Below, piece by piece: positions 24,601 through 39,600 of a DNA stretch of 64,000 nucleotides. This DNA is from Antedon mediterranea. Its lineage: Eukaryota; Animalia; Echinodermata. Where the stretch lies: contig NC_092673.1 in assembly GCF_964355755.1 (NCBI RefSeq), forward strand, positions 3,534,001 through 3,598,000, in the 5' to 3' direction. Below the pieces are notes generated by a model. The model was not told the DNA's origin and ran no database searches. It saw only the letters and a list, made by a program, of their open reading frames with translations. The position numbers and the translations under genes were made by a program. Positions within the stretch are counted from its first letter, which is position 1; each line of letters opens with the position of its first letter.

Positions 24601-27600
24601 CCAATAAGATACTACTGTATATTGAATAGCAAAGCAAAGATATTATTACAGTTAGGTGAACGAACTCCTATTAAAATATTCTTTCTTTTAAAAATACATA
24701 TTTAATACCATACAAGAGAGATAAAAATCTTATATGAAATATTAATACACCCTTTTTACGTCACTGACTGACCCGAGTTCGTGTGTCCTTCAAAGAAAGA
24801 TTACTGTTAGGATTTCCTCTTTCCCATTAATTGTGGACCCACAACACTCAAACTCATTTTGTAGAGTTTCACTTCTAAATAAAATGATGTATACTGCCTG
24901 TAGTATTAGTCAACAATTTAAAAATAGGTTTTGATTTAATTTGACAAATTCTGTGTACTTGGTGATTTCATTGATTTGAAATATCCATAGTATGAATTAT
25001 GGCAAACAATGATAAAGTATTTGAAATATTTGTAATTAAATTATAAACAAACATTTATTTCATCAAATGCCATACAATTAATACAAAACATAAAATGCAG
25101 ACCAACCTAGAAGTAAATTTGTCTCAGTTGCCATGGTTACAAAAAATAATAAGAACAAGTACAAATATGAAGCATCAATATTAATATAATATAATAATTA
25201 AAAGAATTAAAATTTCTTTAATTCTTTCATAAATTGAACAAAATGTTTGATTTCTTTTTATAAATAATAGGAAGCTTATTCCATTCTGATACTTTATAAA
25301 TATTTTAATCCCTGTTAATTAATTAATTAATTAATCATTTCACAAGGAGGTATAGAATTTCTCTTTTGCCTATTTACACTTGAGGACTAAGGTTTCACTG
25401 TACAATATGCTGAGAGTGAGAGTCTCTTTGAACTTGTATAAATAATATTGCTTTTTAAATTTCTTATGAGAGACATCTCAGTGAGTATTAATATTATTAA
25501 ATTCTAAACCATCCAGTGGTATACTGAAATTGATTAATTAATTTGAAACGATAAAGACGACGAAATCTGTGAGAAAGCTTTGAACACAGAACCTTCTGCT
25601 TTTGCAGATGTCCGAAACATTAGACCACTGGGGTTTTCATGGTATTGTTCAAGATAGAACACCACAAACCTATTTACAGTATTACTGTATTTTACAGAAG
25701 TATACTGCAGAAGCATTTCCAAATTTTCCACATAGAATTAACTAATTATAAACAAGTGGAAACTGCCTTTGTCCCTACAGGAAAGGATGACACTGTATAC
25801 AATCTAATTAATAATGTATATTGAAAGTGGAAAAATTACTGTAGACCTTAATTCTTAGATCTATTAATTATAACAAGACCTTAGATTATTAATTAGATTG
25901 TCTAATTTCATACCAAACAAAAGGTAATAATTTGTTCTTTGTTTACAAATTCTGAGCCTAATGTATAGTCTTTTGTTATTGTTAAATATGAAAACAATTG
26001 TATCAATTTTGATAAAATATCTTGTAAATCACACAAATTAATTATTAACATTTTAGTGGGTTGGAAGGGGGGGGGGGGCGCTGAAATTGTTCTATGTGTT
26101 CACAACCCTGTTCTATAGGAGGTTGATTTATCTTTTCTATCTCTTCTTCTTCTTCATTTTCATATGGTTTGATGAATATTATTGTTATGATGAACGTTTT
26201 CAATAATATCGTTGGTTATTTTTAGACTGTAAATGACAATTTGATTTTAAGCATTTTATAATCTATCCTACTGACGTCACGGTTTAACAAAATTAAATGT
26301 GTACATACAGTAGAAATATTTTTTATTTATTTATTTATTTTTTTTATAGTGAAATTATTATTAAGTGGAACTTTATCTTTACAAATAACAATGGAAAAAA
26401 TGATTTCCAATATCAATATTTTGTTATGTTCGTTACAGTAGTTAAGCAAAATAATAATCTAATTATTTATAATCTATTGTTTTTATTAATAATAAATGAT
26501 GGTTTAATTTTTATATTTTTGTTTGAATTCATCTTCGTTTTATATATATATTCAATACTGAAGCATACTATATTTAGTGTATTTAATATGATATCAAGTT
26601 ATTATTATATCTTCATGGCTTTAATGATTTCATTATAATAAGTGTTAATAATATATAGGAGTTGGATAGCCGAGTGGTTAGGAAACTTGACTGTCATACA
26701 GATAGACCCGGGTTCAATTCCTGACAACTCCTAAATGAGTACCTGGTTGAAAATACTAGGGAGAAAAAAGGCGGTGTGGAAAGGAACTGGCCACCTTACC
26801 ACATAATGCCGAGGCTTAGTACAATGAGCTCCTAACAGCTCATTTCCCTACGTTCAGAGAACACGGGACTCACCTTTACCTTTTATAATAATATATTTTC
26901 TTGTATTTTGTAGGTGTTACAGAGACTGCAGCCTAGGTTTGTGGCAATCCATTGCCAAGAAGTTGGAGGCAAAAACTTTGAGACAGGGATGAATTTAGTG
27001 AACAACTTTATTGAGTATGTTTATTATATAATATACAGTAGATAGAACCTCTATTAAAGGGACACCTTTAGGAACCAACAAAGTTTCGTAAAACCGTAGA
27101 GGCCGTAGACGCAAAAAAGTTCGCGGAACTGGGTTGGCAAACTGTAGAGTAGGTCAAGGGTGATCGATTCATACCAAAATATTTTGAAAAAATTAAGCAG
27201 GCCAAGTGTTATAACATTCGTAAAGGCAGTTACTTATTCGCCGTAGAGGGCGTAGATGCAAAAAAGTTCGCGGAACTAGGGTGGAAAATGGTAGAGTAGG
27301 TCAAGGGTCATCGATCTATACCAAAATATTTTCAAAATATTAGGTAGGTCAAGTGTTATATCGTTCGTAAAAGCCAGTTACTTATTCGCCGTAGAGGGCG
27401 TAAATGCATAAAATGTTATTGAACTTTGACCGGAAGAAGTAAAGGAGGTCAAGGCTAACATGTTGATGCAATAACAACTCAATTAGACAGTTATTACGTA
27501 TTAAAATCTGTTTTTTTATATATTTGTGACTGTCCCTTTAATGGAATTTGAATAAGGAATAAGGAACTAGGAACTAGTAACCAACTTCACAGACATTGTT

Positions 27601-30600
27601 TAAAAACAAATATTTTGTGACTTTTCACTTTCCATTTTAATGCATAAAGCCAAAAAACAATCTGAATGAACTTTCCCTTGTGTGTTTAAATGGACACATG
27701 CAAAATTAACATGTTGTTATTGAACGACATACTATGTGACGTTGTAAATACCAAAGTTCAAACTCAAGTTGCTAGTATAAGAATTGTGAGAAAAACAGAA
27801 TCGACATTGAATAATCATATATGTCATGGCAGAACATGACAAATTGCATTTGATACAAAACTGTTTTTATTTAAACTATTTTTATTCAATAAAACTAAAA
27901 GCACAGAACACAATAAAATAAAGTTCTAAATCAAATTCTTACTTTAAGCAAGATTAAGGAACATGGCAAGGCACAGACAAAAAAAAACAAAAGGATTTCA
28001 ATCAGAACAAAAATTGCCAATGCCCTCACCTTGGGGCCTACAGTAATATGTAGTGTATCTGTAGGACAACATTCAACACGACTAAAAACCCATTTTTACA
28101 CAGAAGCAGTAGTTGCCTTTGAACATTATTATGGATACTGGCGCTATATAAATCTGATTGATTGATTGATTGATTGATTCATAGTGCTCTGTCTACACTA
28201 TCAAACTGTATGTGACAAAAAATGTGATGTGCCCATATATGGACATGATGATGTCATATCACTACCATATTTGGGTATATCACTACCATATTTGGGCACA
28301 TCACACCTTTTTTGTCAAACTAGCTTGATAGTGTAGACAGGGATTTAGTGCATAATTCTTCCATGTAACGGAAATAGCATGAAAGAGGTGGAATAAATAA
28401 GGACAACAATGTCATTCCAGCACACTAATTAGAATTCTTTTTCCTAGGTAGACATATGACATGTACTGTAGTTATTGTACATATCACCTAAACATCTTCA
28501 TCCAAGCTACCAAGATATATTGTCGCATAGCTTTAGCACATGTCTGATTTAAGTAACTCAGACATACATCTCTTAAAGTACCGTTATATTACTAAGCCCT
28601 TTAGCTTCGAGTACATCAAGTAACTGCGGTATACCTGCACATTAATCCTACTCAAAACCCTTATTATTGATACTAATCACTTTGACGATCTCGAGTAGCT
28701 TGCTGTCGTAGTAGACATGGGGGAGGCGTTCAAATTTGATTTCAGAAATATCAATTACTTGTAAGTGAATGTACAGAAATTCATATTCTACTTCCAGGGT
28801 CAGGGGTTCAAATCTTTTACTTGACTATAAATGTTTCCCTTGATACTGTACTGCATGTTTCCAATTCACAAAGCTTATAATGTAAACTGCAAAATATTTT
28901 TAGATTATACATATTATCAAAAGACATGGAAATATTTCTTCTGAGACATGCAGTACAAACTAATATAAATTATAATATAAATGCTATTAATAATAAAAGT
29001 TATGTCATTTAATTTCATCGTCAGTTGTGTACTACAGTGTACAAACATTGTAATATTGTCAAAAGTCATGGAAATATTTCTTATGATACATACAAAATGT
29101 AAACTAAATAATGTACTTTAAATTCTATATAATTAGTCATTTCATTTAATTTCATTTTTCTGATTCATACATACAAAATGTATATTAATTTTATTAATAA
29201 TTAGTAAGAGTCAAAATATATTTATTTTTCATTTATTTCATTTCGTCGTCAATTGCGTACTATGCAAACATTGTAAAAGATTAGCCTGGTATTAAATGAC
29301 GTTAAATGGGTTTGTTTTTCATCATTGAGATTGAATGTAAACAGCATGCATTTATGTTGTTAATTAATACCACTATTATTAATCTTTTAATTAGTCTGAC
29401 GTGAAATGTATTGAGCTGTACTGTAAACAAAAATGTTATTGAGACTGTGACTTATTAATTATTAACGTTTAGGAAAAATAGGTTGTAAGCAGAGTAAAGA
29501 AATTTAATCCCTATTTTTTTCTTTTAATATACATTTAATACTATTATACATTTAATTTATTTCAAATCATAAAGTCATTTTTTAAAAGAGGTTCCGTTTC
29601 ATCCTTAGCCAATACGTTTGTGATATAGAGGTCACATGTGATACACAAGTAATGCTGTATCATGGAACTACAGTATATACAGAGTGATTTTAACTGTGAT
29701 TTTTTTTTTCCAGAACATTATTTGGAAGTGAAGAGATGAGATGCTACAGACGATCGCATGTTGTGATGGATAAAAATTACCAAGCAACCGACGACTTCAC
29801 GGTAAGTACTGTCCAAAGGCGTAATGGCGAGCCACTTCTCCACTCCCAAGCTTCATAAAAAGATATGCTTTTACATAAAATTTGAATGTATAAACAAACA
29901 TACAAATGAACTGCACTGTGTGTCAATGGTAATTGAATATTAATTTATTTGTGATCAATATAAAAATATTAGATGGATATTATTAATTTTAATTAATTAA
30001 TATTAATTATAACAAACATTATAAACCTATATAGAAAAACAAAAGAAGGTATATTAAACCAATTTACAAACTGGCCAAGAATATTGAGACGAATAATGAT
30101 TTAAAGGTCTGTCTACACTATCAAAAGTGCGATGTGCCCAAATATGGTAGTGATATGCTTAAATATGATAGTGACATGACATGTCCATATATGGGCGCAT
30201 CACATTTTTTTTGTCAAACTAATTTGATAGTGTAGACAGAGCTTTTTGCATACATTTATACTTTGTTTATTCAAAAGGAAAAATACTAATCTATTGTATC
30301 TGATCTGAAATCATTTGAATTTGAAACTATTTTAAAACATCTATGACTTTATTAAATATGTTTTTTTCCATAGCAACATATTCGACAGCTTATCATGAAA
30401 CTAAATTATTCATATGAAAGGCAAAAGTAAAACCTGGCTTAAATAAATTATGTGTTCAATTTGAAACATCGATTTATACAGTTCATATTTAATAATTATA
30501 GATTTCATATTCATCTCATATTTTTATGCATTTAGAAGTGTATTACTTTTTTTAGTGTAAATGATTGATTTTTGTATGCATTACAGTAATATTTTTGTAC

Positions 30601-33600
30601 AATATATTTTTATATGCAACAGAGCCTTTCAAATAATCCTTTTAAAATCGAACAATTTAGAAATCAATTAAAATAATTTATAATTGCTCTTTTTTATTTA
30701 TTTATTTCATGGATTACTTTTATTTTTATGTGAAGCGCATAGAAGCTTTATGCATTATGCACTTAAAAGTCAAAATTTATTTATTTTATATTTATTATTA
30801 TTATTTAAATATAGTAGAATAATTGACCTGATCTAACAATGAAAATAATTTATTTTTATTTTATTTATTTTTATACTAAAAATTCAAATTATTAAGAAAA
30901 ACATTACTATGCATAAGAAGTGAATTGGAGGATGTTAAACACAATCAAACTTTATGTGACAAAAAAATGATATGTGCCCATATATGGACAAGATGATGTT
31001 ATATCACTACCATATTTGGGCATATCACTACCATATTTACTACCACACTTTTTTTTTCAAACTAGTTATAGTGTAGACAGATCTTTAGTTAAGTAAAATA
31101 AGCAAATACAACATCCCAAAACAAACAGCCTGAGAAAAATGCCAAGCTCACAGACAACACTATCTGGTTCAACTTCTTGTATATTTTATTATAATTATGT
31201 ATTTTGGGAGGAAATGGAGCATGCTATTGAAATATGATTTTGTCTCTTTTTATTTGCAGGCTTTAGGAAACATTTATTTCATTCATGATTCAATAGCATC
31301 GCCCAAGTATTATGATTTTAAAAGTAAGTATACTTGTATTGCATTGATATTCTGTTTATTCTATAATATACAGAAAATACACTAACAATTTACTGCAAAT
31401 TTAAAGATAATAGATGGTACGCTCGCTTCGCTCGCGTACCATCTAGGTCGTGCCCACAGATGGTTCTCGAATATACAGTAATTTCAGCGTAACAAAACTG
31501 GCGATTTCAAATGTACGTACCGCAGGACTATAATACATTGTCGTTTACAGAAACGAATAAATAGACACGATGATTTATGTAGTCAACTAAAATTAGCACC
31601 CTGGGAATTACTTCCGAAGGAGAAACTTTTCACAAAATGAGTCCAAATTTTTGATTTGGACTCATTTAAAGAAACCCAATTTGTGTTTTGTATGTAACAT
31701 TAGCGTTGAGGGATGGGAAAGCGGATAGGTACAAAGAGGAAAAATTTTTAAATATATTCTTTATCCACTCAGTAACGATATATTTTGTTCATGTTTTATA
31801 AGCCTATACATAATATACCTCTAAATACAGTAAAACATTTGCGATTTAATACTTTGTTAAAACTGTCACTGTCATAATCGATTGAAATATTAAAGTACAT
31901 GTCACGATACACCACTACGACGTTTATATTTTTGGTAATTATTAATTAATACAAACGTTGTGAAGGAACTGTCAGTATAAAGTGTATTTGTATATAATAA
32001 TGTGTTTATATATCTAACAGTAGAGCCTATCCACAATGTCAGTAATACAGTTTATTATTATCTAACAGGACGAACATTCACAGTAAGAAATGTTCGATTC
32101 AAATGAGGACCAAAAATAGTTATTTACAGTATTGTCAAAGTATTGCAAGTTTATTCTCAAAGGGCCCATATATTTACCTACCTTATGTGTTAAACCAAGG
32201 GCTCATAAATTTACCTACAGTACTTGTGTTAAACCAAACTCTGGCAGACTGAGAGATTGGGATGTTCCATTCATCGCAAATCAATACATTTGTATAATCG
32301 TATATTAAATCTATCAAAATAGTATTTTTTAAAGAAAATCGGCCTGTCTTCAACATTATGATGGTGTACTCTAGCTGTTCAACCGGTTTTCAGCTATTAA
32401 AAACAATTATCGTAGGAGGAGATAGGAAAATGCGAAGCCTTCTCGCATTTTTGTGGCGGGTATTTTTCAAGATGGACATCCATTAGACAGTGTATACCAC
32501 GATCGGAAAACACCCCTATTTGGGGCAAATCGTTGAACCTAAATTCGTTTTAATCGTCAATAACTAATTATCTAACTTAATTTAATTAGTAAACAGGGTT
32601 ACATCAGGTGGTTAAAATCAGTACCGAAAGTACGAACCAACTTTATATACCATCGAGTGAAAATTCTAGAAGTAAGGCGCGATTTACCGAATTTTGCCCT
32701 TACGTAAATTTATATATAGATATGCTACATAATTTCAATACAAAATTTAATGTCAAAAAGAGAGATCGATTTGTTTGTCATTAAATTTTGTATTGAACAA
32801 ATAAAAAACAGATTTGATTTTAAACTATTTGCCATATAAGGGCACACTGTCACCATTAAAGCATATTTCCCACTTAGTTGGACGCAAGTACAATGGCCGC
32901 AAGGGAGTTGAACAATAACAAGCAACAGTTGAATGCTTTATCATATCATGATTGGTTAATTTACTTGGTAATGGTGGTATACATACATTGTTGGGTTGTG
33001 CCCAAGTGAGAACCAATCTTTAACTAACGAGAGGAACCCAATTGCCAATCTTGATTCAGGGGAAAATTTGTTGTGTCCCGGATAGGTATCCCCTTAATAG
33101 GAGTTTTATTGTTTGAATTGTCCTCCGGAGTGAGAATAAAACGTCGAGAAAGTCAACAGTTCCTTTCGGAACTATATACATGTGGTATACCGCAAACGAT
33201 ATATCCAGTTACAGTTTACATACTAATCATAAGATTTCGCGCCGCTCCTTTAGGCAGTTATATTCAAGAGAACAAATGCATTAAAAAACAGTTACCACGC
33301 GGTAGCTTATAGTTTACTACGGCTTAAAAAATGGGTATTTGGAAACTCGGACTGGGCATGCACACACCACAAAGCATGTCTGTGGAAAAAAGAGTCTATG
33401 AAAACATTTGCTGATAAATATTGAAATGCCTGTTGACGGTAGTTGAAATGAGCATCGTTTTTTCTAAGAAATATTTCTTGTTACAAAATTCCTTTTAAAT
33501 ATATTACCTGAATTACAGTATACATATTATACAACAATGATTAATATGATAAAAACGCATTAAACAGGTATGTATTCAGGCCTTGTCTTTTAAGGCGAGC

Positions 33601-36600
33601 GAGTGCGATCACTCACCTAACACACTCCTAAAATGCCCTTGAGGAGAGCGATTTACAACACGCTTAAATTTGGTAAACTTCTACACACCAAAATACAAAC
33701 AGCACACCTACAGCACCCCTGAATGTATTGAGGAGTGCAATTTATAGAAAACCTATGATGTTCAAAAGACAAGGCCTGCAATGTATCTCTATTAAGAAAC
33801 CACCTAATTGCATAATAGCATTAGGTATATTTATACCTGCAATTTTGTAAATATGTATACTCAATTTCATTGATTTTATTTGATTTGATCTACTGTACAG
33901 AATAATGCTAGCCCTCCAAATTTTATCAGTTTATATTGTAGGTAGTCAATAGTTGGGTTATTAATTTTAACAACAATTACTGTGTGGGTCACTCTGTATT
34001 CCACCCTCTAATTTGTTTTTGGCAAAATTTTGGTTGCAAGTGAGATTCTTTCACAAAGCATTTGTTGGGGATTTTTTGTCAATGATAGTTTTAACAATGA
34101 TGGTATCGAGTTAAAGGTTAAATTAAAATGTCTTTTGAACACGATAGTTTAACCTACAGTATTATGAAGTGATAAAGACTACAATGAACCATTAAATTAG
34201 TATAACAAAACAACAATATGGTCATTTGGTAATTATTTTGAAATGAATCAATTGTCCAAATATAAACGTATTGGATCTTTTGACGTAGCATACTGATAAT
34301 GAATATAATGAACTATTAAATTATAACAAAATATTGCAAAAATACGGTCATCTCGTATTAAATCATTTTGAAATGAATCAATTGTCCAAACATAAACGTA
34401 TTGGATCTTTTGACGTAGCATACTGATAATGAATATAATGAACTATTAAATTATAACAAAATATTGCAAAAATATGTTCATCTCGTATTAAATCATTTTA
34501 AAATGAAGCAATTCTCGTTTCTTTCAACCAAACATAAACGTATTGGATCTTTCGGCGTAGCATACAGTACTATGACTATCATGAACTATTAAATTAAAAC
34601 AAAATATTACAAAAATACGTTCATCTCGTATTAAATCATTTTAAAATGAAGCAATTCTCGTTTCTTTCAACCAAACATAAACGTATTGGATCTTTCGGCG
34701 TAGCATACAGTACTATGACTATCATGAACTATTAAATTAAAACAAAATATCACAAAAATATGTTCATCTCGTATTAAATCATTTTAAAATGAAGCAATTC
34801 TCGTTTCTTTTAACCAACTATAAACGTACTGGTTGTTTCGACGTAGCATACTGAACTCTTTATTCATGATAGCAAACCATCAAATTATAATTTTATTGAT
34901 TTTCTCATTATTCACCTGCTTCTTATTCATTTCACCTTCCAAAATCAAATTATGTTAAAAACAAAATTGTTTGCCTAGTTATTCTTGTTTTCAAGATACA
35001 CAATGGTATGATGTAATTTCATATCTTTACTTTCTCTCGATCACGTTCATAGTTATCGTAAAAGCGTAGCTGAGCTTTTCTTTAGGATCCTTACAAAATA
35101 AATTAGTTTTTGTTTATTCAATACTTTTTATTATCAACACATTAGTAATAGTATTCATTATATTAACAAGTTTGATAGTAATTTAAAACATACAGTAGTA
35201 TGTGGGGAAGGAAGCCTAAATAAATTACGCCTGGGCTTCCAGAAATAAGGGAAGTACAGTAACAAAAGTGTCTGTCTACACTATCAAATTAGTTTGACAA
35301 AAAAAGTGTGATGTCCAAATATGGTTGTGATATGACCAAATATGGTAGTGATATGACATCATCATGTGCATATACTGTACATGGGCACATCACATTTTTT
35401 TGTCACATAAAGTTTGATAGTGTGGACAGAGCTTTAGAATGGCTGCAAAATCAGTGAATAGATTTCATGTAGAATTCTACTATAGTTAAGTGGAATTTCT
35501 AGTTTTATCTCCTTATTTTACTATAGTTTGTATTATATATTGAATTAAATTAGTTTGGAAATATGAATCCTCTTCGTATGGATATCCCGTATATAGTATA
35601 CTTTGCAACCAGATTTAAAAACCCTGATTTTTATCCCATTCCTAATTTTTAATAAATGTTGTAACTGTGGTCATATATGAGAATATGTATTATACTCATA
35701 CAGTACATTTCTACACATGTCCATTGATCCTGAACATTAACTCGGCTGCTATTGTACTATTCTTACAGCATAATTATAATAATTGGTATCTGATAAATGT
35801 CGAAGGACGACACTATTATGAAATGTAAACAAATTTGTTTTTAATTACCGATCTTGCAATAGCATATGTTAATACTAAGTTCATGGTTGAGTTGTTCATT
35901 CAGTAAAGCTGGCAATTATTTTAATTACAGAAAAATAATTTTAATTTTTGTTAGTACTGTATACAGTACCTACAAAAATAAAAAAAAATAGTTTAATAAA
36001 TAAATATACAGTAGAGCCTGTATTAGGGGTATATTATTCACACCCAACTTAGTGTTAAAACATATGTCCCTCCTTGTACTGTTCTTTTTGTGGCCCATGT
36101 TGAGAGGTCTTCCTTTTAAATTCTAGAAAATAGACACTTTATGAACATACAGGAATATACAGGTTATCAAAGATTCTCCCCCGCCCCCCCCCCCCCCAAA
36201 AAAAACCCATGAAAAATGAAGATAGTTAAATCAGAATTTAAATGGGTTATTTTTTAGTTTTAATAAATGTAATCACTTCCATAAAAAAAATGTTTTCTCC
36301 TATAAAATGACAAAATAAATGGTCAAAGCCAATTTTACTGATATTTTGCTTTAAATTACAGTTTTTTTCAGGTAAATACATTTTTTTTCCAATTCAATTT
36401 TTGTTCAAAGTGGATAACTATTATGTGACATTAAAATGGCATATTCAACAACAATTAAAAAAATTATATTTTCAGGGGACAATATATCTTTAATTCTTTG
36501 AGATGTAAAATTATGTTCATTCTTTTTACTCTGTAATAACTTTGGTATTGATTACAATCATGTCACATTTGATGAATAATTATGCATATTTTCTCTAAAC

Positions 36601-39600
36601 CTTCTTCCCTATAGGGAAGATTTGCTTTTAGTATTAAATTTGCAGAAAACCATGGTAACTTGATTAAACAACACCGATCAATATTATTGACACATCTAGT
36701 TGATATTGTCTCAATGATATTGGAATAAGAATGCCTACTGTAGGTGGATTATATTAAAGTCTTTGACCGTAAAGAATGGTATTATTAACAAAGAGAAAGG
36801 ATTGTACAATTCCTGACGTTCAATTTCTCAATGTTTCTTCATCGTACACATTATGGTACACATTGTACGTTCTATAGTTTATAGTAATGCTTTTACCATA
36901 TTAGGTAAAACAGAGTGACTGTTGTTGAATATTTATTTGAATGCTGTCTCAACTACAGTTAATGGTAGTGAACAGAAAGATACAAAAAGGCCATGTGATA
37001 TATAGTATACCTTCATCAAATAGATAGTGCGATTATTAATTGAGGACTGGTTTGAATAACAACTGTTGACAATTTTACTTTTATTTAGGATTTGTACGTC
37101 CATAGTTACAAAATAAATTGCAATAAAGTGTAAATATAATAACAAAAAAAAAGACATCGGTATCACACTATCTCAGGATCTCAAACATTGTGTTATGTAG
37201 CCTGGATAATGTATTAATTGTTATTTACTCAATTAAAAAGATTATAAAAATGATCACGCTAGTAATCGCTCACTCTCAAGTAAATGGTAGCTATTATATA
37301 TAGTACAGTATGAATTCCTTTTATTAGTAACTGTATTTTTTAATTTTGGACTATGTTCATGATACAATTCAACAATAAATGTATTTAACTCACGTCATGT
37401 GCGTACATTTTGTGTTTCGGCGGATAATCTATGTAACTTGTCCAAATTGATGAGTTCAAATCTATTTTATGTTACTATTTCATAGCTGTTCTTATGCCGT
37501 TGTGACATTTAAGTACCGAATCATAAAATAAACACAGTCCGCTCCGGAGACAGCGTCAGGCGGGGAGTTTGACTGGGGCGGTACATCTGTCAAATGGTAA
37601 CGCAGGTGTCCTAAGGCGAGCTCAGCGAGGACGGAAACCTCGCGTAGAGCAAAAGGGCAAAAGCTCGCTTGATTTTGATAAACACATTAGAAACTAAAAG
37701 AATAGTTTTTAAATGTTAATGCTTTTTGCTATGTGTTTCTCCATGAAATAGAAGATGCATATAGCCTGCACTGTCACCTTGGAATATTCATTTGAATTTT
37801 ATTTAATTTTCATTGAACAGCTCCGATCAATAATGTGAAAAGTTAGAATATTCACATTAATTTGACAACGGTTTCTGTTCAGTATCTGGCTGTTCGTGGC
37901 AACTGTTTATTATCTGAGTTAAGCTTGAGAAGTATCCAGCCGCAGTGGCCGGAATGGACTTGAACTCTGTGTGAACTTAATCAATGTTTTATTTATAGTT
38001 TAATAATAAAAAAAAAAATCTTTCCTTTAATATAGCCATTATAATGTTATTTCACTCCAGTTGAAAACCGACGGTTTTCCGACGGCATTATTATGTGCGA
38101 CATGTGGAATAGATTTTTTACTTACTTACATTTATTTATTAGAATAATATATTGTTATGTGTTATGATATGAACTTAGTTCTGAAATAAAAGTGAATTGA
38201 ATTGAATACTATTTTATTATTTATTACAGTATATTTCTGTTAGTGTTATATTTCATAGTGTTTAATCTTCATCATGTGATGGTTGCTTTCCTTTTGTTGT
38301 TTGGGATTTATTAATAGATAATTATAAATAATGGGGTTTTTTTTCTTAATTACAGGTAAAGAATTTAGAGAATGCGAAGGTCATGTCCGATATTTGGATA
38401 ATTTATCACAAAGCACGAGCCACGAAAAAATGAAATTCCCTAAGAATTTATTCCCAGAGGTAAGGGTTGTTTATATATGCCATGAATTAATGTTTCTCTC
38501 AAATAAATAATGACTTTTTTGCACTATCCAGTAACATAGCCATCTGCACATGATTAGAAGTCAATCAGCGATTTCTGCGATTACAACAAATTCACAAATT
38601 AGTACAATCACAGAATTCATATTGATTTCAAGCAAGTGCAGATGTCTGTATGCCTAATGCTTCACTGCGCTAACATTCAGTGTTATTGAGAATCTGTATT
38701 ATGGCCAAAATTCAGTTTGCACTAGCCGTAGGAGAGTATATCATTATAATTTTGTCCATGTGGACACAGCTTTACTAGGATAGTACTATGTACAGTTGCC
38801 GCATTGAGCATTGCACTGTATTTTTCGGTCTCTACTGTTCATATTAAATGCGTGTCAACACACGCCATTTAATATACAACACACGCCATTTAATATACAA
38901 CACACGCCATTTAATATACAGACAGTTGCTGAATGCATTGTCGTGGCATGATCAAGTGATGATTTTAATCATCTTAAAATATCAGTCTTTGATAACCAAA
39001 AAAAATAAATAAATAAAACACCTACAAAAATTTAAGTTAATGAGGAAATGAAAGTTTTTTTAGGTACTAAACTAAGACATTTTCGTTTTTTGTTTCATAT
39101 TTAGTCACACTGACACATTTCTGGATAATTTTTAAGTCTATTTTTATTAAAAATGAATTATCTACGATACAGTAGTTTTATGTATAGTATCTTTGTTCAG
39201 TTTATATACCAGCTATATATTAATGTGGTATATACAGTAGCTCTATATTATGTACAGTATAGTGTATATATATCGTTATTAGTATTGTTTACATATATTT
39301 AATATTAAGTATAGGTCATATAGATGTCTATAATCAATAATCAATAGTTGACTATTGATTTGTCAATCAGTAATTTGATCTTCTGGTTTAAATATGTTTA
39401 ATGTAATTATGATTAAAAAACAGAATAAATTGAAAGTGAAAAAAGAACTTTAGAATCTTATTAAATATCCACCAATATCCATCAATTCCCATCAATACCC
39501 ACCAATACCCATCAATACCCATCAATACCCATCAATTCCCATCAATTCCCACCAATATCCATCAATTCCCATCAATACCCATCAATTCCCATCAATACCC

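Noticed and set aside
25534-25824. Coding-looking stretch in INPP5A intron 2
   Set aside because: Short, interrupted by stops, with no recognisable family or consistent splice sites.
34170-34855. CRISPR-like array (also 8017-8150 and 58304-58505)
   Set aside because: Whole units repeat with no unique spacers; eukaryotic context with no cas genes.
37537-37677. Functional rDNA unit
   Set aside because: Only 141 nt, TSD-flanked, inside an intron.
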